A stretch of 64,000 nt of DNA from Verrucomicrobiota bacterium (GCA_042565725.1 JBHORK010000003.1:10000-73999); one strand, 5' to 3'. Counted from the stretch's first letter, positions 39,461 to 49,040 are shown. Notes: a model not told the origin generated them from the letters alone. Program-made: numbers and translations.

Positions 39461-39489
39461 TGTATATCAAAAACAGCAAATTCTGTCAA
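39461..39489 (-). promoter_or_regulatory. sigma70 promoter of the DUF6788-like gene with adjacent palindrome
   Basis: Minus strand TTGACA-17-TATACA, followed by the palindrome aagtattaatactt (39448-39461). Confidence 0.6.
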
Positions 39490-39597
39490 GGGGGAAAGCG
39501 AAAAAAAACCGATTGCGCTGTGGCGCAAACGGCGTGGAGTAATGGAGTATTGGGCTTATGGTAACATTGGAGTGAAATTCCCGTATTTCTTTTAAAT

Positions 39598-39626
39598 TTG
39601 ACAATTCGGGCCCAAGAACGGAGAAT
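39598..39626 (+). promoter_or_regulatory. sigma70 promoter placing the start site at the wzm ATG (leaderless candidate)
   Basis: TTGACA-17-GAGAAT-6 nt-ATG, no Shine-Dalgarno. Confidence 0.5.
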
Positions 39627-39632
39627 TCGCAC

Positions 39633-40400
39633 ATGTTTAAGCTTATAAGCGACATATTTGATCGTAAGGAGCTGTTTCTGATCCTTGTTTTAAGGAATAT
39701 CAAGATCAGATATAAAAACTCGGTGTTGGGCTTCTTCTGGACACTCTTAGTCCCTGTATTCTTTATCCTGATATATTCATTCTTTTTGCAATTTGTGATG
39801 AAAATAAAGATAGGACTACCTGTTTTAGTTACGGGTATTATTATATGGCAGTTTCTTTCCATGTGCCTCGGGGACTCACTTCAGGCCGTTGCGGGTAATT
39901 CGAATCTGATCAAAAAAACAGCATTCCCGAGAATAATCCTTCCTTTGTCTATGATCGCCGCGAACCTGATTAACTTTTTGTTAACTTTGATTGTTTTAGT
40001 CTGTTATCTCCTGGTAACAGGTGCTGATTTTGGTTCAGTACTCTTTCTTCCCTTAATCGTATTGACCCATGTGGCTTTTTGCTTGGGGATCAGCCTGATT
40101 GTTTCGTCCATAAACGTATTCTTCCGGGATACTGAACATATCCTTGGTGTCGTAATGCTGGCCTGGTTCTTTATGACGCCGGTTATCTATACTTTCGATC
40201 TTATACCGGCCAGATTCCATCACCTGGCAATATTGAATCCGATGGCAGGTATTGTTTCCGCGTACAGAAGTGTTTTTCTGTCGGTAAACCCGTTAACTCC
40301 TGCCATGATGAAAGTGTCTCTTGTGATAGCCTGGGCATGTTTGTTCATCGGGTTAATGGTTTTTCAAAGTTTGCAGTCAAAGTTTGCTGATGAATTGTAA
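39633..40400 (+). CDS. wzm: ABC-2 polysaccharide export permease (Wzm/RfbA)
   Basis: RNIKIRYKNSVLGFFWTLL.P, NLIKKTAFPR, FFRDTEH, FFMTPVIY, LNPM, FADEL. Confidence 0.92.
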   Translation: MFKLISDIFDRKELFLILVLRNIKIRYKNSVLGFFWTLLVPVFFILIYSFFLQFVMKIKIGLPVLVTGIIIWQFLSMCLGDSLQAVAGNSNLIKKTAFPRIILPLSMIAANLINFLLTLIVLVCYLLVTGADFGSVLFLPLIVLTHVAFCLGISLIVSSINVFFRDTEHILGVVMLAWFFMTPVIYTFDLIPARFHHLAILNPMAGIVSAYRSVFLSVNPLTPAMMKVSLVIAWACLFIGLMVFQSLQSKFADEL

Positions 40401-40496
40401 TGAATAGTTAAGGAGGCAGCCACGTCAGCGATGGAATCGCTAAGTGGTCACTTGCCGCCAAGGCGGCGACGTGAAAGTCAGGAGTCAGCAGTTAGA

Positions 40497-41681
40497 ATGA
40501 AGAATAGCGTCATAGAAGTTAAAGGGGTAACCAAAAGGTTCAAGCTTCATCCGGGCGGCGTGCGTACGCTGAAATCCGCCGTGCTTGGTCTGCTGAAATA
40601 TGGCGGGAGCAAAAACTTCTGGGCCCTGAAAGACATAAATTTCAGCGCGGTTCGAGGTGAAACTCTCGGAATTATTGGCTCGAACGGCGCGGGTAAAAGC
40701 ACGCTGCTCTCAATAGTCGCGGGCGCCATGATGCCGACAACAGGAGAGGTCAGCACAAATGGAACAATATCATCATTACTGGAATTGGGCGCTGGTTTTC
40801 ATCCGGACCTTACGGGGCGTGAAAACGTTTATCTCTATGGCGCCATAATGGGCTTGCCGCGGGAACGTATGAAAAAACGGTTTGATGCCATAGTTGATTT
40901 CGCGGGGGTACATGAATATATAGACCAGCCGGTAAAACACTATTCTTCCGGCATGTATATAAGACTCGGGTTTGCCGTTGCTGTAGAGGTGGATCCCGAT
41001 ATTCTTCTGATAGATGAAGTACTGGCGGTCGGCGATGTGGCATTCCAGCAAAAATGTCTTAATCGTATGGCGGAATTCAAGGCTCAGGGCAAAACAATGC
41101 TGATTGTCTCGCATGATCTACCGACCATTCAGCGTATGAGCGATCGTATTCTGCTCCTTAATGAAGGTGTTGTGGGTGGGTTAGGAGAGCCTGGAACCGT
41201 GGTCGGGGAATACAGAACATCGGCGGGCAGGAAAGAAGCCGCAGGCATTCAGAAAGAGTGGGGATCGGGTGAGCTCAAAATAGTTAAAGTTGAATTTCAG
41301 GGCCAAGCTGGAAATGTAGTAGAAAAATTTGAATCAGGAAAGTCTTTGACTATACGTATTTTCTATAAGGCCCAGAAACGTATCGAAAACCCGGTGTTTG
41401 GGTTCAGTATTTCAAGTAATGAAGGTCACACTATTTACGGTAACAATACGCAAATTGAGAATTTTGATATTCCTTCGGTGGAAGGTGAGGGGAGTGTTGT
41501 TCTTAGAATAGATAATCTTAACCTGGCCGCTGGATCATATTTCTTTTCTTTCTCTGCTCATTCGTACGATCACAAGACCAACTATCATAGGCTGGACAAC
41601 AGTTTCGTAATAGCATGCGAAAACGATAAAGCAGCGGCTGGCAGTTGTTATTTTCCATGCAGGTGGGAGAGAGAGGGATGA
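40497..41681 (+). CDS. wzt: Polysaccharide ABC exporter ATPase with C-terminal Wzt carbohydrate-binding domain
   Basis: GIIGSNGAGKSTLL, LELGAGFHPDLTGREN, YSSGM, LLIDEVLAVGD, C-terminal beta-rich domain. Confidence 0.93.
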   Translation: MKNSVIEVKGVTKRFKLHPGGVRTLKSAVLGLLKYGGSKNFWALKDINFSAVRGETLGIIGSNGAGKSTLLSIVAGAMMPTTGEVSTNGTISSLLELGAGFHPDLTGRENVYLYGAIMGLPRERMKKRFDAIVDFAGVHEYIDQPVKHYSSGMYIRLGFAVAVEVDPDILLIDEVLAVGDVAFQQKCLNRMAEFKAQGKTMLIVSHDLPTIQRMSDRILLLNEGVVGGLGEPGTVVGEYRTSAGRKEAAGIQKEWGSGELKIVKVEFQGQAGNVVEKFESGKSLTIRIFYKAQKRIENPVFGFSISSNEGHTIYGNNTQIENFDIPSVEGEGSVVLRIDNLNLAAGSYFFSFSAHSYDHKTNYHRLDNSFVIACENDKAAAGSCYFPCRWEREG

Positions 41682-41686
41682 GGGCG

Positions 41687-41861
41687 GAAACCTTCCTCCT
41701 CGGGCGGATCCGCCTGTGGCGGAGAAACCTGAGAGAGGGAGAAAGAGAAGATTTTTCGACGGGATTAACAAGATCAACAGGATAAATGGAACCAAGGCGA
41801 GACGGGGTCTGGCCTTGACTTTACGGGGGGAGGTGGGGCGGAAAGTAAACGGCCTGACCCC
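41687..41861. repeat. Stack of repeat elements between wzt and nadC
   Basis: gaaacct|tcctcctcgggcggatccgcctgtggcgga|gaaacct; nonamer arm gacgggattaacaagatcaacaggat; inverted repeat ggggtctggcc...ggcctgacccc (41804-41861). Confidence 0.7.
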
Positions 41862-41881
41862 AAGCGAGCTGAGATTTTATT

Positions 41882-42811
41882 ATGAATTTACCAGCAATAA
41901 TAGATAACCCTGAAGTTGCTGAAATAGTACGCCGGGCCTTGAAAGAAGACATCGGGGCGGGCCCTGCACCAGAGCAAGCACGATGCAGGGCAGGTGATAT
42001 AACTACCAATGCGATTATCCCTGAATCTGCGATCGCAAAGGCGGCTATTGTTTCGCGCGGCGCGTATGTTCTGGCAGGGATTGATGTGGCGCGAATGGTT
42101 TTTTCAGAAGTTGATTCCGGGATTCAATGCAAAACTGATATTAACGATGGGCAGGGTGTAAAAGCGGATCAAGGCGTAATGACCATAGAGGGCCCTGCGC
42201 GTGGAATTCTTACAGGTGAACGGACGGCTCTTAATTTCGTGCAGAGAATGACCGGTATAGCTACGCTTACAAATCAGTTTGTTGAAAAGGTCAAAAAATA
42301 CGGAGTTGTCATCCTCGATACACGCAAGACAACTCCGGGTCTTCGCGTATTGGAAAAATATGCAGTGCTGTGCGGCGGCGGTGTGAATCACAGAAATGGA
42401 CTGTATGACAGAGTCTTGATAAAGGATAATCATCTTCGGATTGCGGATTGCGGATTGCGGATTGCGGAAAGAGGGGAAGGGAACGCGGATTGCGGATTGC
42501 CGATTGCGGATTGTATAAAAAAGGCGAAAGATCTGAATCCGGGGGTTATTATTGAGGTGGAGGTGGAGAATGAGAAAGAGCTGGAGGATGCTCTAAAGGG
42601 CCGTCCTGATTGGGTTTTGCTCGATAATATGCCGCCTGAGCAATTGAGGCGATGTGTGGATATTTGTGCTGGCAGAGCGAAACTTGAGGCATCCGGCGGA
42701 ATAACACTCGAGAATGTCGAAAAAATAGCCCAAACCGGAATTAACGCTATATCGCTGGGCTGTCTGACACATTCGGCGCCGGCATCAGATTTTTCATTGG
42801 AAATTATTTAA
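41882..42811 (+). CDS. nadC: Nicotinate-nucleotide pyrophosphorylase carrying two in-frame repeat-derived insertions
   Basis: ALKEDIG..GDITT, ILTGERTALNF, LDTRKTTPGLR, LIKDNH, EVEVE, LLDNM, LEASGGIT. Confidence 0.97.
   Translation: MNLPAIIDNPEVAEIVRRALKEDIGAGPAPEQARCRAGDITTNAIIPESAIAKAAIVSRGAYVLAGIDVARMVFSEVDSGIQCKTDINDGQGVKADQGVMTIEGPARGILTGERTALNFVQRMTGIATLTNQFVEKVKKYGVVILDTRKTTPGLRVLEKYAVLCGGGVNHRNGLYDRVLIKDNHLRIADCGLRIAERGEGNADCGLPIADCIKKAKDLNPGVIIEVEVENEKELEDALKGRPDWVLLDNMPPEQLRRCVDICAGRAKLEASGGITLENVEKIAQTGINAISLGCLTHSAPASDFSLEII
41962..41994 (-). mobile_element. 33-bp CCTG-hairpin micro-element inserted in frame in nadC
   Basis: ccctgcaccagagcaagcacgatgcagggcagg; removing it restores EDIGAGDITT. 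Confidence 0.8.
42437..42513 (+). repeat. In-frame GATTGCG heptamer array inside nadC
   Basis: (gattgcg)x4 ... gaacgcg gattgcg gattgcc gattgcg gattgt encodes RIADCGLRIAERGEGNADCGLPIADC. Confidence 0.9.
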
Positions 42812-42874
42812 TAATCAATATAGTATTGCGAAACATTTTGGTGCGAGAAACAGTAAAGATACAGGAGATATATT

Positions 42875-44722
42875 ATGGCATTCAGTTTAGCGGATCTGAT
42901 TATATTCGTAGCTTTTATAGTAGGTGTTATTACTTTAGGCCTGCTGAAAAGCAGGAAAGAAAAGACCAGTGAAGATTACTTTCTTGCCGGTCGTGGTTTA
43001 ACATGGTGGCTTATAGGGATATCCCTGATTGCCGCAAATATTTCAGCCGAGCAATTTGTGGGCATGTCAGGCAGTGCCGCGGATTATCTTGGGCTCGCCA
43101 TAGCAAGCTATGAATGGATGGCCGCGATAACACTTGTTGTTGTGGCATTTGCATTTCTCCCGTACTTCCTGAAAACTGGTATTTTTACTATCCCCCAATT
43201 TTTGGAACACCGCTACAACCATTGGGCCAGGAGCATGATGGCCATTTTCATGCTTATCATCCTCATAGCTGTTTCATTATCAGGTGTAATCTATGCCGGC
43301 GCATTAACTATGCAAAACCTTCTGGCGCAGGCGGACGTTGGGATTACTTTGACATTGTGTTGCTGGATAATGGGTATCATTGCAGCCATCTATGTAGCTT
43401 CTGGCGGTCTCAAGGCCTGCGCATGGGCTGATCTGATACAAGGAACCGCGCTGGTAATAGCGGGTGGTATTATCACCTGGCTTGCTCTGCGTCACCTGGG
43501 ACTCATGCCGGCAGGTGAACTTGTCGATGCCACAGGTTCGGTCGCGGCAAATATGGATGAAGCACTCAGTGGAGCTGGTAGATTCCAGTTTCTTAATGAA
43601 ACTAAGCTTCATATGGTTCTGCCGCGCACGGATAAAAACATTCCATGGACTGCTCTGGTTATTGGACTCTGGATTCCTAACTTTTACTACTGGGGCCTCA
43701 ATCAATACATAACACAGCGTGTCCTGGGTTCTGCATCGCTCAAAGAAGGGCAGAAGGGTATCGTTTTTGCGGCAGCGCTGAAGCTTATCATACCTTTTAT
43801 TATAGTTTTCCCCGGCCTTATGGCTTTCAATATGTACAGCAATGATATGGCCGAGCTTGCGTCAAACGATGAAAAGATAGTTCTTCAGAACACTAAAGTT
43901 CTTGAATCGTTCGAATCAGACAAAGCCTCGGCAGACTCTTTGACGGTCTACAAATTCGATAAAGGTTGGCAGGACCGTAACCAGGAAAAGGCAGCTGAAA
44001 TCAACGCTCACAACGCACAGGTTGTTGCAAGGGCCGAAACAAGTGGCGAAAAGGTGAAAGATTCGACACTGGTAGGATACAAGACAGATTCGGCGCTTGG
44101 CCTTCTAATCGGCAAACTGGTGCCGACAAATGGTTTACGTGGCTTTGTTATGGCCGCCCTGTTGGGAGCAATTATAAGCTCGTTGGCCGCAATACTTAAT
44201 GCCGCATCGACAATATTTACCATGGATATCTTTGGGCGCTACATCAAGAAGGATGCAGCTCAGCATACACTTGTTACGGTCGGTAGAATATGCGTTGGTG
44301 TCTTTGTTGTAATCGGCTGTATAATTTCGCCTCAACTTGCGAATCCACGGTTCGGAGGAATTTTCAAATATATCCAGGAATTTCAGGGCTATATCTCACC
44401 GGGAATTCTTGCCGTATTCATATTTGGCCTTCTCAATCGTACAGCGCATGGCTCAACGGGTGTAATCGGGCTCATGGTGAATCCTCTGATTTATGGCGCT
44501 CTTGCCAAATGGGCGCCGGAAATTGCTTTCCTGGACAGAATGGCTATATGTCTTGGTTCGGTACTGATTATTATGACTGTCATTGGATTGTTCAGGAAGC
44601 TGGACAAGCCTGTAGAGTTCAAGTCGGACACTACACTTGATCTCACAAGCTCCAATCCGGCAAAGATAGCCGGCATAGGTGTTGTCATAATGACACTGAT
44701 TCTCTATGTAATCTTCTGGTAG
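42875..44722 (+). CDS. Sodium:solute symporter (SGLT-like, probably galactose)
   Basis: DYFLAGRGL.WW.IG.SLIAANIS.EQFVGMSG, YYWGLNQYITQR.LG; directly upstream of galK. Confidence 0.92.
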   Translation: MAFSLADLIIFVAFIVGVITLGLLKSRKEKTSEDYFLAGRGLTWWLIGISLIAANISAEQFVGMSGSAADYLGLAIASYEWMAAITLVVVAFAFLPYFLKTGIFTIPQFLEHRYNHWARSMMAIFMLIILIAVSLSGVIYAGALTMQNLLAQADVGITLTLCCWIMGIIAAIYVASGGLKACAWADLIQGTALVIAGGIITWLALRHLGLMPAGELVDATGSVAANMDEALSGAGRFQFLNETKLHMVLPRTDKNIPWTALVIGLWIPNFYYWGLNQYITQRVLGSASLKEGQKGIVFAAALKLIIPFIIVFPGLMAFNMYSNDMAELASNDEKIVLQNTKVLESFESDKASADSLTVYKFDKGWQDRNQEKAAEINAHNAQVVARAETSGEKVKDSTLVGYKTDSALGLLIGKLVPTNGLRGFVMAALLGAIISSLAAILNAASTIFTMDIFGRYIKKDAAQHTLVTVGRICVGVFVVIGCIISPQLANPRFGGIFKYIQEFQGYISPGILAVFIFGLLNRTAHGSTGVIGLMVNPLIYGALAKWAPEIAFLDRMAICLGSVLIIMTVIGLFRKLDKPVEFKSDTTLDLTSSNPAKIAGIGVVIMTLILYVIFW

Positions 44723-44734
44723 GGGGTATAGCCA

Positions 44735-45901
44735 GTGGTTAATGAAAAAGTATTCAATGAATTGAAGGATAAATTTCAAGACCATTTCGGTTGTGCTCAT
44801 ACTATTGCGGCCTATGCGCCCGGCAGGGTTGAGGTCGTTGGGAATCATACCGACTACAACGAAGGGTATGTTCTGTCAGCAGCGATAGATTTCGGGATAT
44901 TCTTTCTAGCCGCCCCTTCAGATGACACAAAATGTACCCTCGTCGCGGGAGATCTGAACGAAGAGACGTCTTTTGATATCGGCTCTATTACCCCTTCATC
45001 CGATCAGCCCTGGTCGAACTATGTCAGGGGTGTTCTGGCGGGACTAGGCAAGCATGGAGCAGTCAATACGGGCTTTAAGGGCCTGATTGGGGGTAATGTG
45101 CCGTTGGGGGCGGGTTTGTCCAGTTCTGCGGCGCTTGAGATATCTTCCGGCCTGGCTCTGGGGTCGCTTTATGGCATCAAAGTGGACAATCTGACGCTCG
45201 CTAAGATAGGTCAGGCCGCCGAGCACGAATATGCGGGGGTCAAGTGTGGGTTGCTCGACCAGATATCGAGTTTGTTCGGAAAAGAAAACGGACTAGTCAT
45301 GACCGACTTCAGATCGCTTGAAGTTAAAAATGTACCGCTCGGCAATGACGCGTGCTTTTTGATGTGCAATACCAAGGCAAAACACGCGCTGGTGGATGGA
45401 GAATACAATGAGCGGCGTGAGAAATGTGAAGAGTCAGCAAAATACTTTGCTTCTGTCCTGGATCATCCAGTTACAGCATTACGAGACGTAAGCTGGCAGG
45501 AATGGGAAGCACATTCCGCAAAAATGGATCCCGTAACCGCAAAAAGGGCGGCTCATCCTATTGGTGAAGATGAGCGTGTGCTCAAAGGAATGGAATTGCT
45601 TGCGAAAGGCGATCTGCCGGAATTTGGTAAGTTGATGTTTGCGTCGCATAAGAGCTCACGGGAATATTTTGAGAATTCATGTCCTGAACTGGATACGATT
45701 GTTGATGCGGCGGAGAAAATCCCCGGTGTAATGGGCGCCAGACTGTCAGGCGGCGGGTTTGGGGGTAGCGCGGTTCTGCTTGTCCATCCGCGCGACGTTG
45801 ATGTAGTGAGTAAAGCAGTCAACTCCGCCTACGAAAAGGTGCATGGGCATCCTTGTGAGATAAGCGTTATCAAGCCTTCGGACGGAGCCACTTTACTCTA
45901 A
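44735..45901 (+). CDS. galK: Galactokinase
   Basis: APGRVEVVGNHTDYNEG, VPLGAGLSSSAALE, CGLLDQ, YNERR, GARLSGGGFGG. Confidence 0.95.
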   Translation: MVNEKVFNELKDKFQDHFGCAHTIAAYAPGRVEVVGNHTDYNEGYVLSAAIDFGIFFLAAPSDDTKCTLVAGDLNEETSFDIGSITPSSDQPWSNYVRGVLAGLGKHGAVNTGFKGLIGGNVPLGAGLSSSAALEISSGLALGSLYGIKVDNLTLAKIGQAAEHEYAGVKCGLLDQISSLFGKENGLVMTDFRSLEVKNVPLGNDACFLMCNTKAKHALVDGEYNERREKCEESAKYFASVLDHPVTALRDVSWQEWEAHSAKMDPVTAKRAAHPIGEDERVLKGMELLAKGDLPEFGKLMFASHKSSREYFENSCPELDTIVDAAEKIPGVMGARLSGGGFGGSAVLLVHPRDVDVVSKAVNSAYEKVHGHPCEISVIKPSDGATLL

Positions 45902-46077
45902 GCTCTATCCACTCACTTATATCCTTTTGAGATTCTACCACCCGGCCTCCCGGCCTGGAGAGCCCGAGGCACAGAGAAAATCAAGAGGAGTGAGACGAGA
46001 GAAATTCTTCTTGAGTTCAACATTGGGGCACCCAAAAAACAAGAAGTTGAAATACGCATTGAAATGCTATAGTTTTT

Positions 46078-46161
46078 GAATCGAAATCGCTATCGGGATC
46101 GCTATCGAAATCGAAAACATGAGGGAGAGGAAAAGACGATCCCGATTTCGATTTGGATGGG
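46078..46161. repeat. Hexamer (ATCGNN) inverted-repeat element, empty copy
   Basis: aatcgaaatcgctatcgggatcgctatcgaaatcgaaaacATG, about 15 nt, then cgatcccgatttcgatttggatggg. Confidence 0.8.
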
Positions 46162-46313
46162 CAGTAAATATTCCTGATTTTTGCTGCGGGACACCCATTT
46201 CCCAAACCAAACTCAATATTTACAGTGGTTTTTGAAGCACTTTTCCCAAGGTGTTGAATTCAGGAGCCTTCCGCCGGAGCGAAACTGGTTTAGGAATTTG
46301 CTGATCTCTCTTT

Positions 46314-46379
46314 CTTGTAACTTGCCTGCCCCTCCGTAGCTTCCGAGCGAAGGGGGGTAACCCCTGTAACTTGTAACTT
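46314..46379 (+). mobile_element. CCTG-hairpin micro-element (46325-46357) nested in a CTTGTAA array
   Basis: cttgtaacttg|cctgcccctccgtagcttccgagcgaagggggg|taacccctgtaacttgtaactt. Confidence 0.75.
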
Positions 46380-46389
46380 CTTTCTGGTA

Positions 46390-47181
46390 TTAATCGCAAT
46401 GGAATACTTCTGTCATACTGTCCCAGATTTCCTTCTTCTTCTCGGCGGCAGGCAAGGGGATCTGACAATCATCAGTCTGTTTCCACCAGCGGCGTGTAGT
46501 AGCATCTTCGCCTATCTTGGCAAAATCCTTATTCATGTCTTTGCCAACATATTCGAAATAACTAAGCAGATATAGTTTGCCCTTGATTTTTTTCAGATAG
46601 ATCGAGTAATTGCGGATATTAGCGTCTTTAATCTGCTTTAACACGCCCGGCCATGTGGTTTGATGCAGGGTACGGTAATATGCTTCCTTTTCGTATTTCA
46701 AGCCGGTAATAGTTCCTATTCTGACGACCTTTTCGGGTACGACATCAATAGCGCCGTCCGAATGAAACACTTCTTCAGCGTTGGACCAGATTTGTTTCTT
46801 TTTTGCGGCTTCGAACAATGGTTTCTGGCATGGATCCGTTTCCTTCCACCACGTTTGAGTGATCACATCTTTCGCCATGTCAGTCATGTCGGCATCGAAA
46901 TCCTTGCCGATATATTCGTAGTATCCGAAGAGATAGAGTTCGCCATCAATTTCTTTTTCGTAAATAGAGAAATTGCGGATATTGGATTTTTCGATCTGCT
47001 TTAACACGCCTGGCCATGTGTTTGCGTGCAATTTTCTGTAGTATGCGGCCTTTTCCGGTTTCAGGCCGGTTACCATTCCCGTACGCACAACCACCGTACT
47101 TTTGCAAGGGCAGATACTGCTGCATCCGGATAAAACAACACAACAGAGAGTTAAAACTATCCAATTAAACCATCTCTTCAT
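46390..47181 (-). CDS. Lipoprotein with two tandem L-rhamnose mutarotase (RhaM-like) domains
   Basis: MKRWFNWIVLTLCCVVLSGC lipobox, then two copies of GLK.EK.AYYR.LH..TWPGVLKQI...NIRN.SIY...YFEY.G.D...WWK.TD.CQ.PL. Confidence 0.85.
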   Translation of the reverse strand: MKRWFNWIVLTLCCVVLSGCSSICPCKSTVVVRTGMVTGLKPEKAAYYRKLHANTWPGVLKQIEKSNIRNFSIYEKEIDGELYLFGYYEYIGKDFDADMTDMAKDVITQTWWKETDPCQKPLFEAAKKKQIWSNAEEVFHSDGAIDVVPEKVVRIGTITGLKYEKEAYYRTLHQTTWPGVLKQIKDANIRNYSIYLKKIKGKLYLLSYFEYVGKDMNKDFAKIGEDATTRRWWKQTDDCQIPLPAAEKKKEIWDSMTEVFHCD

Positions 47182-47291
47182 AATATTTCTCCTTATTTGA
47201 TTGTTATAATAGACTTCTGCAAAATACATTTTGCAGAAGTAGTGTTCAGGAATTCAAGAAACCCTACACATGAAACCTTTTCTGCCGCGTG

Positions 47292-48956
47292 TTATCTGAA
47301 AATGATGTAAAGAACGACCATTGTTACAAACAGTGCTGCGGAAAGGAACTTGTAGTTGCCAATGCCCTTCCATGCATTGCCGCGTAACGCGTCAATAGGA
47401 TTATTCCATACCAGCTTGGAGCTTTCCTCCGTATGCTGATGCGGTTTGGCAATGGAAAAAGCAATCATAATCCCGGCATCAATGCAAAACAGGTAAAAGG
47501 CGGCCATCATGAACGGCACGTTCCATTTTCCTTCTTTGAACAGGAACTCAAAGTTTGCCAGAGCCGGAGCAGTAGCGTTGAACCATTCACAATAATTCTT
47601 ACTGAAGAAATCAAGGCAAAACACAACACCGCCCAGGAGTGAACCGAGGCCCAAAGTGTATAGAGCGCCTTTCGTGGAAGCTTTCTTCCATAAAACACCG
47701 AATAGGAAGACTACCGTAATAGGAGGTGCCAGGTAGCATATGACGGCATTGGCGCCCTGATATATAGTCTCAAATCTTTCGACCATCCGTGCGCACAATA
47801 TCGCTATTACCATGCCGGCAAACGTTGCTATCTTCCCGATCAGAACAAGCTTTTTATCGGGTGTATCAGGTTTCCATCGTTTCCATAGGTCATAACTGAA
47901 CAAAGTACCAATGGAATTAAGAGCGCCTGCAACAGTGCTCATAAGCGCTGCCAGGAGTGCCGCGGCCATAAGTCCTCTAAGCCCTGCAGGCAGAAGATCC
48001 ATAATGGCTCTTGCGTAGCAATCCTTTGTGTCCAGGAGCGGGGCGAATTTACCCATTTTAACCAGGGCATAATAAGCTGTTCCTGGCAGGAAAAAGATGA
48101 AAACCGGCAGAATCTTCAGAAATCCGCAGAACAGCGGGCCGACCCGTGCGTGATTCTCGTCTTTCGCGCCCAGCACACGCTGGACGATAGTCTGGTCCGC
48201 GCACCAGTACCATAAGCCGATTACCGGATAACCCAGGAATACAGAATACCAGGGAAGATTACAGGGATCACTGGCGCTTCTCAGAACGGTAAGTTTGACA
48301 GGTTCCACATTGGCGACCAGGCCGGACCAGCCGCCGACTTGATTCATTGCGATTATGGTGATGATAATGGAGCCGACAAGAAGGATTACCGATTGCATTG
48401 CACCGGTTATCACTACGGCCAGCAATCCTCCGATAACGGTGTATATGCCCGTAACCACGGCAGCCAGTATGATGCTGACATTGATTGGGATACCAAATAA
48501 TCCTTTAAGCACGACTGCGCCAGTATACAGGCAGAACACTATATGAATCATAACAGCCGACAGGATTGAGAGAAACGCTAGCCAGTCGCGGCAGCTGCGG
48601 CTGTATCGTTTTTCCAGAAAATCGGGTAATGTCGCGATCCTCGATTTCAGGTAAAACGGCGCGAAGAACAGAGAAAGCGCGATAAGAGTAAATGGTGCCA
48701 TCCATTCGAAGTTGCCGTGAGCAAGACCGTTAACATATCCTTCCTGAGCAAATCCTACCAGGTGGATGGTAGAAATGTTTGTTGAGAAGAGGGCAAGGCC
48801 AATAACCCACCACGTCAGCGTTCCGCCGGCACGAAAGTAACTGTCGCTACCCGTAGATTCCTTCTTCTTGAGTCCGGCCCACAGGCCGACCCCGACAATT
48901 GCCGCAAAATATGCCACAAGAATTGTTATGTCTAGCGGTGAAAGATTAATACTCAT
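47292..48956 (-). CDS. Sodium:solute symporter (SSS family sugar transporter)
   Basis: YFRAGGTLTWWVIGLALFSTNIS, WYWCADQTIVQRVLGAK, GLMAAALLAALMST. Confidence 0.93.
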   Translation of the reverse strand: MSINLSPLDITILVAYFAAIVGVGLWAGLKKKESTGSDSYFRAGGTLTWWVIGLALFSTNISTIHLVGFAQEGYVNGLAHGNFEWMAPFTLIALSLFFAPFYLKSRIATLPDFLEKRYSRSCRDWLAFLSILSAVMIHIVFCLYTGAVVLKGLFGIPINVSIILAAVVTGIYTVIGGLLAVVITGAMQSVILLVGSIIITIIAMNQVGGWSGLVANVEPVKLTVLRSASDPCNLPWYSVFLGYPVIGLWYWCADQTIVQRVLGAKDENHARVGPLFCGFLKILPVFIFFLPGTAYYALVKMGKFAPLLDTKDCYARAIMDLLPAGLRGLMAAALLAALMSTVAGALNSIGTLFSYDLWKRWKPDTPDKKLVLIGKIATFAGMVIAILCARMVERFETIYQGANAVICYLAPPITVVFLFGVLWKKASTKGALYTLGLGSLLGGVVFCLDFFSKNYCEWFNATAPALANFEFLFKEGKWNVPFMMAAFYLFCIDAGIMIAFSIAKPHQHTEESSKLVWNNPIDALRGNAWKGIGNYKFLSAALFVTMVVLYIIFR

Positions 48957-49040
48957 ATTACTCCCTCAGTTATAATTACGATTATTAAAGTTTAACTTGT
49001 GCAATTATATGATCTATTAGCCTTTTCTATCTGATTCTTT

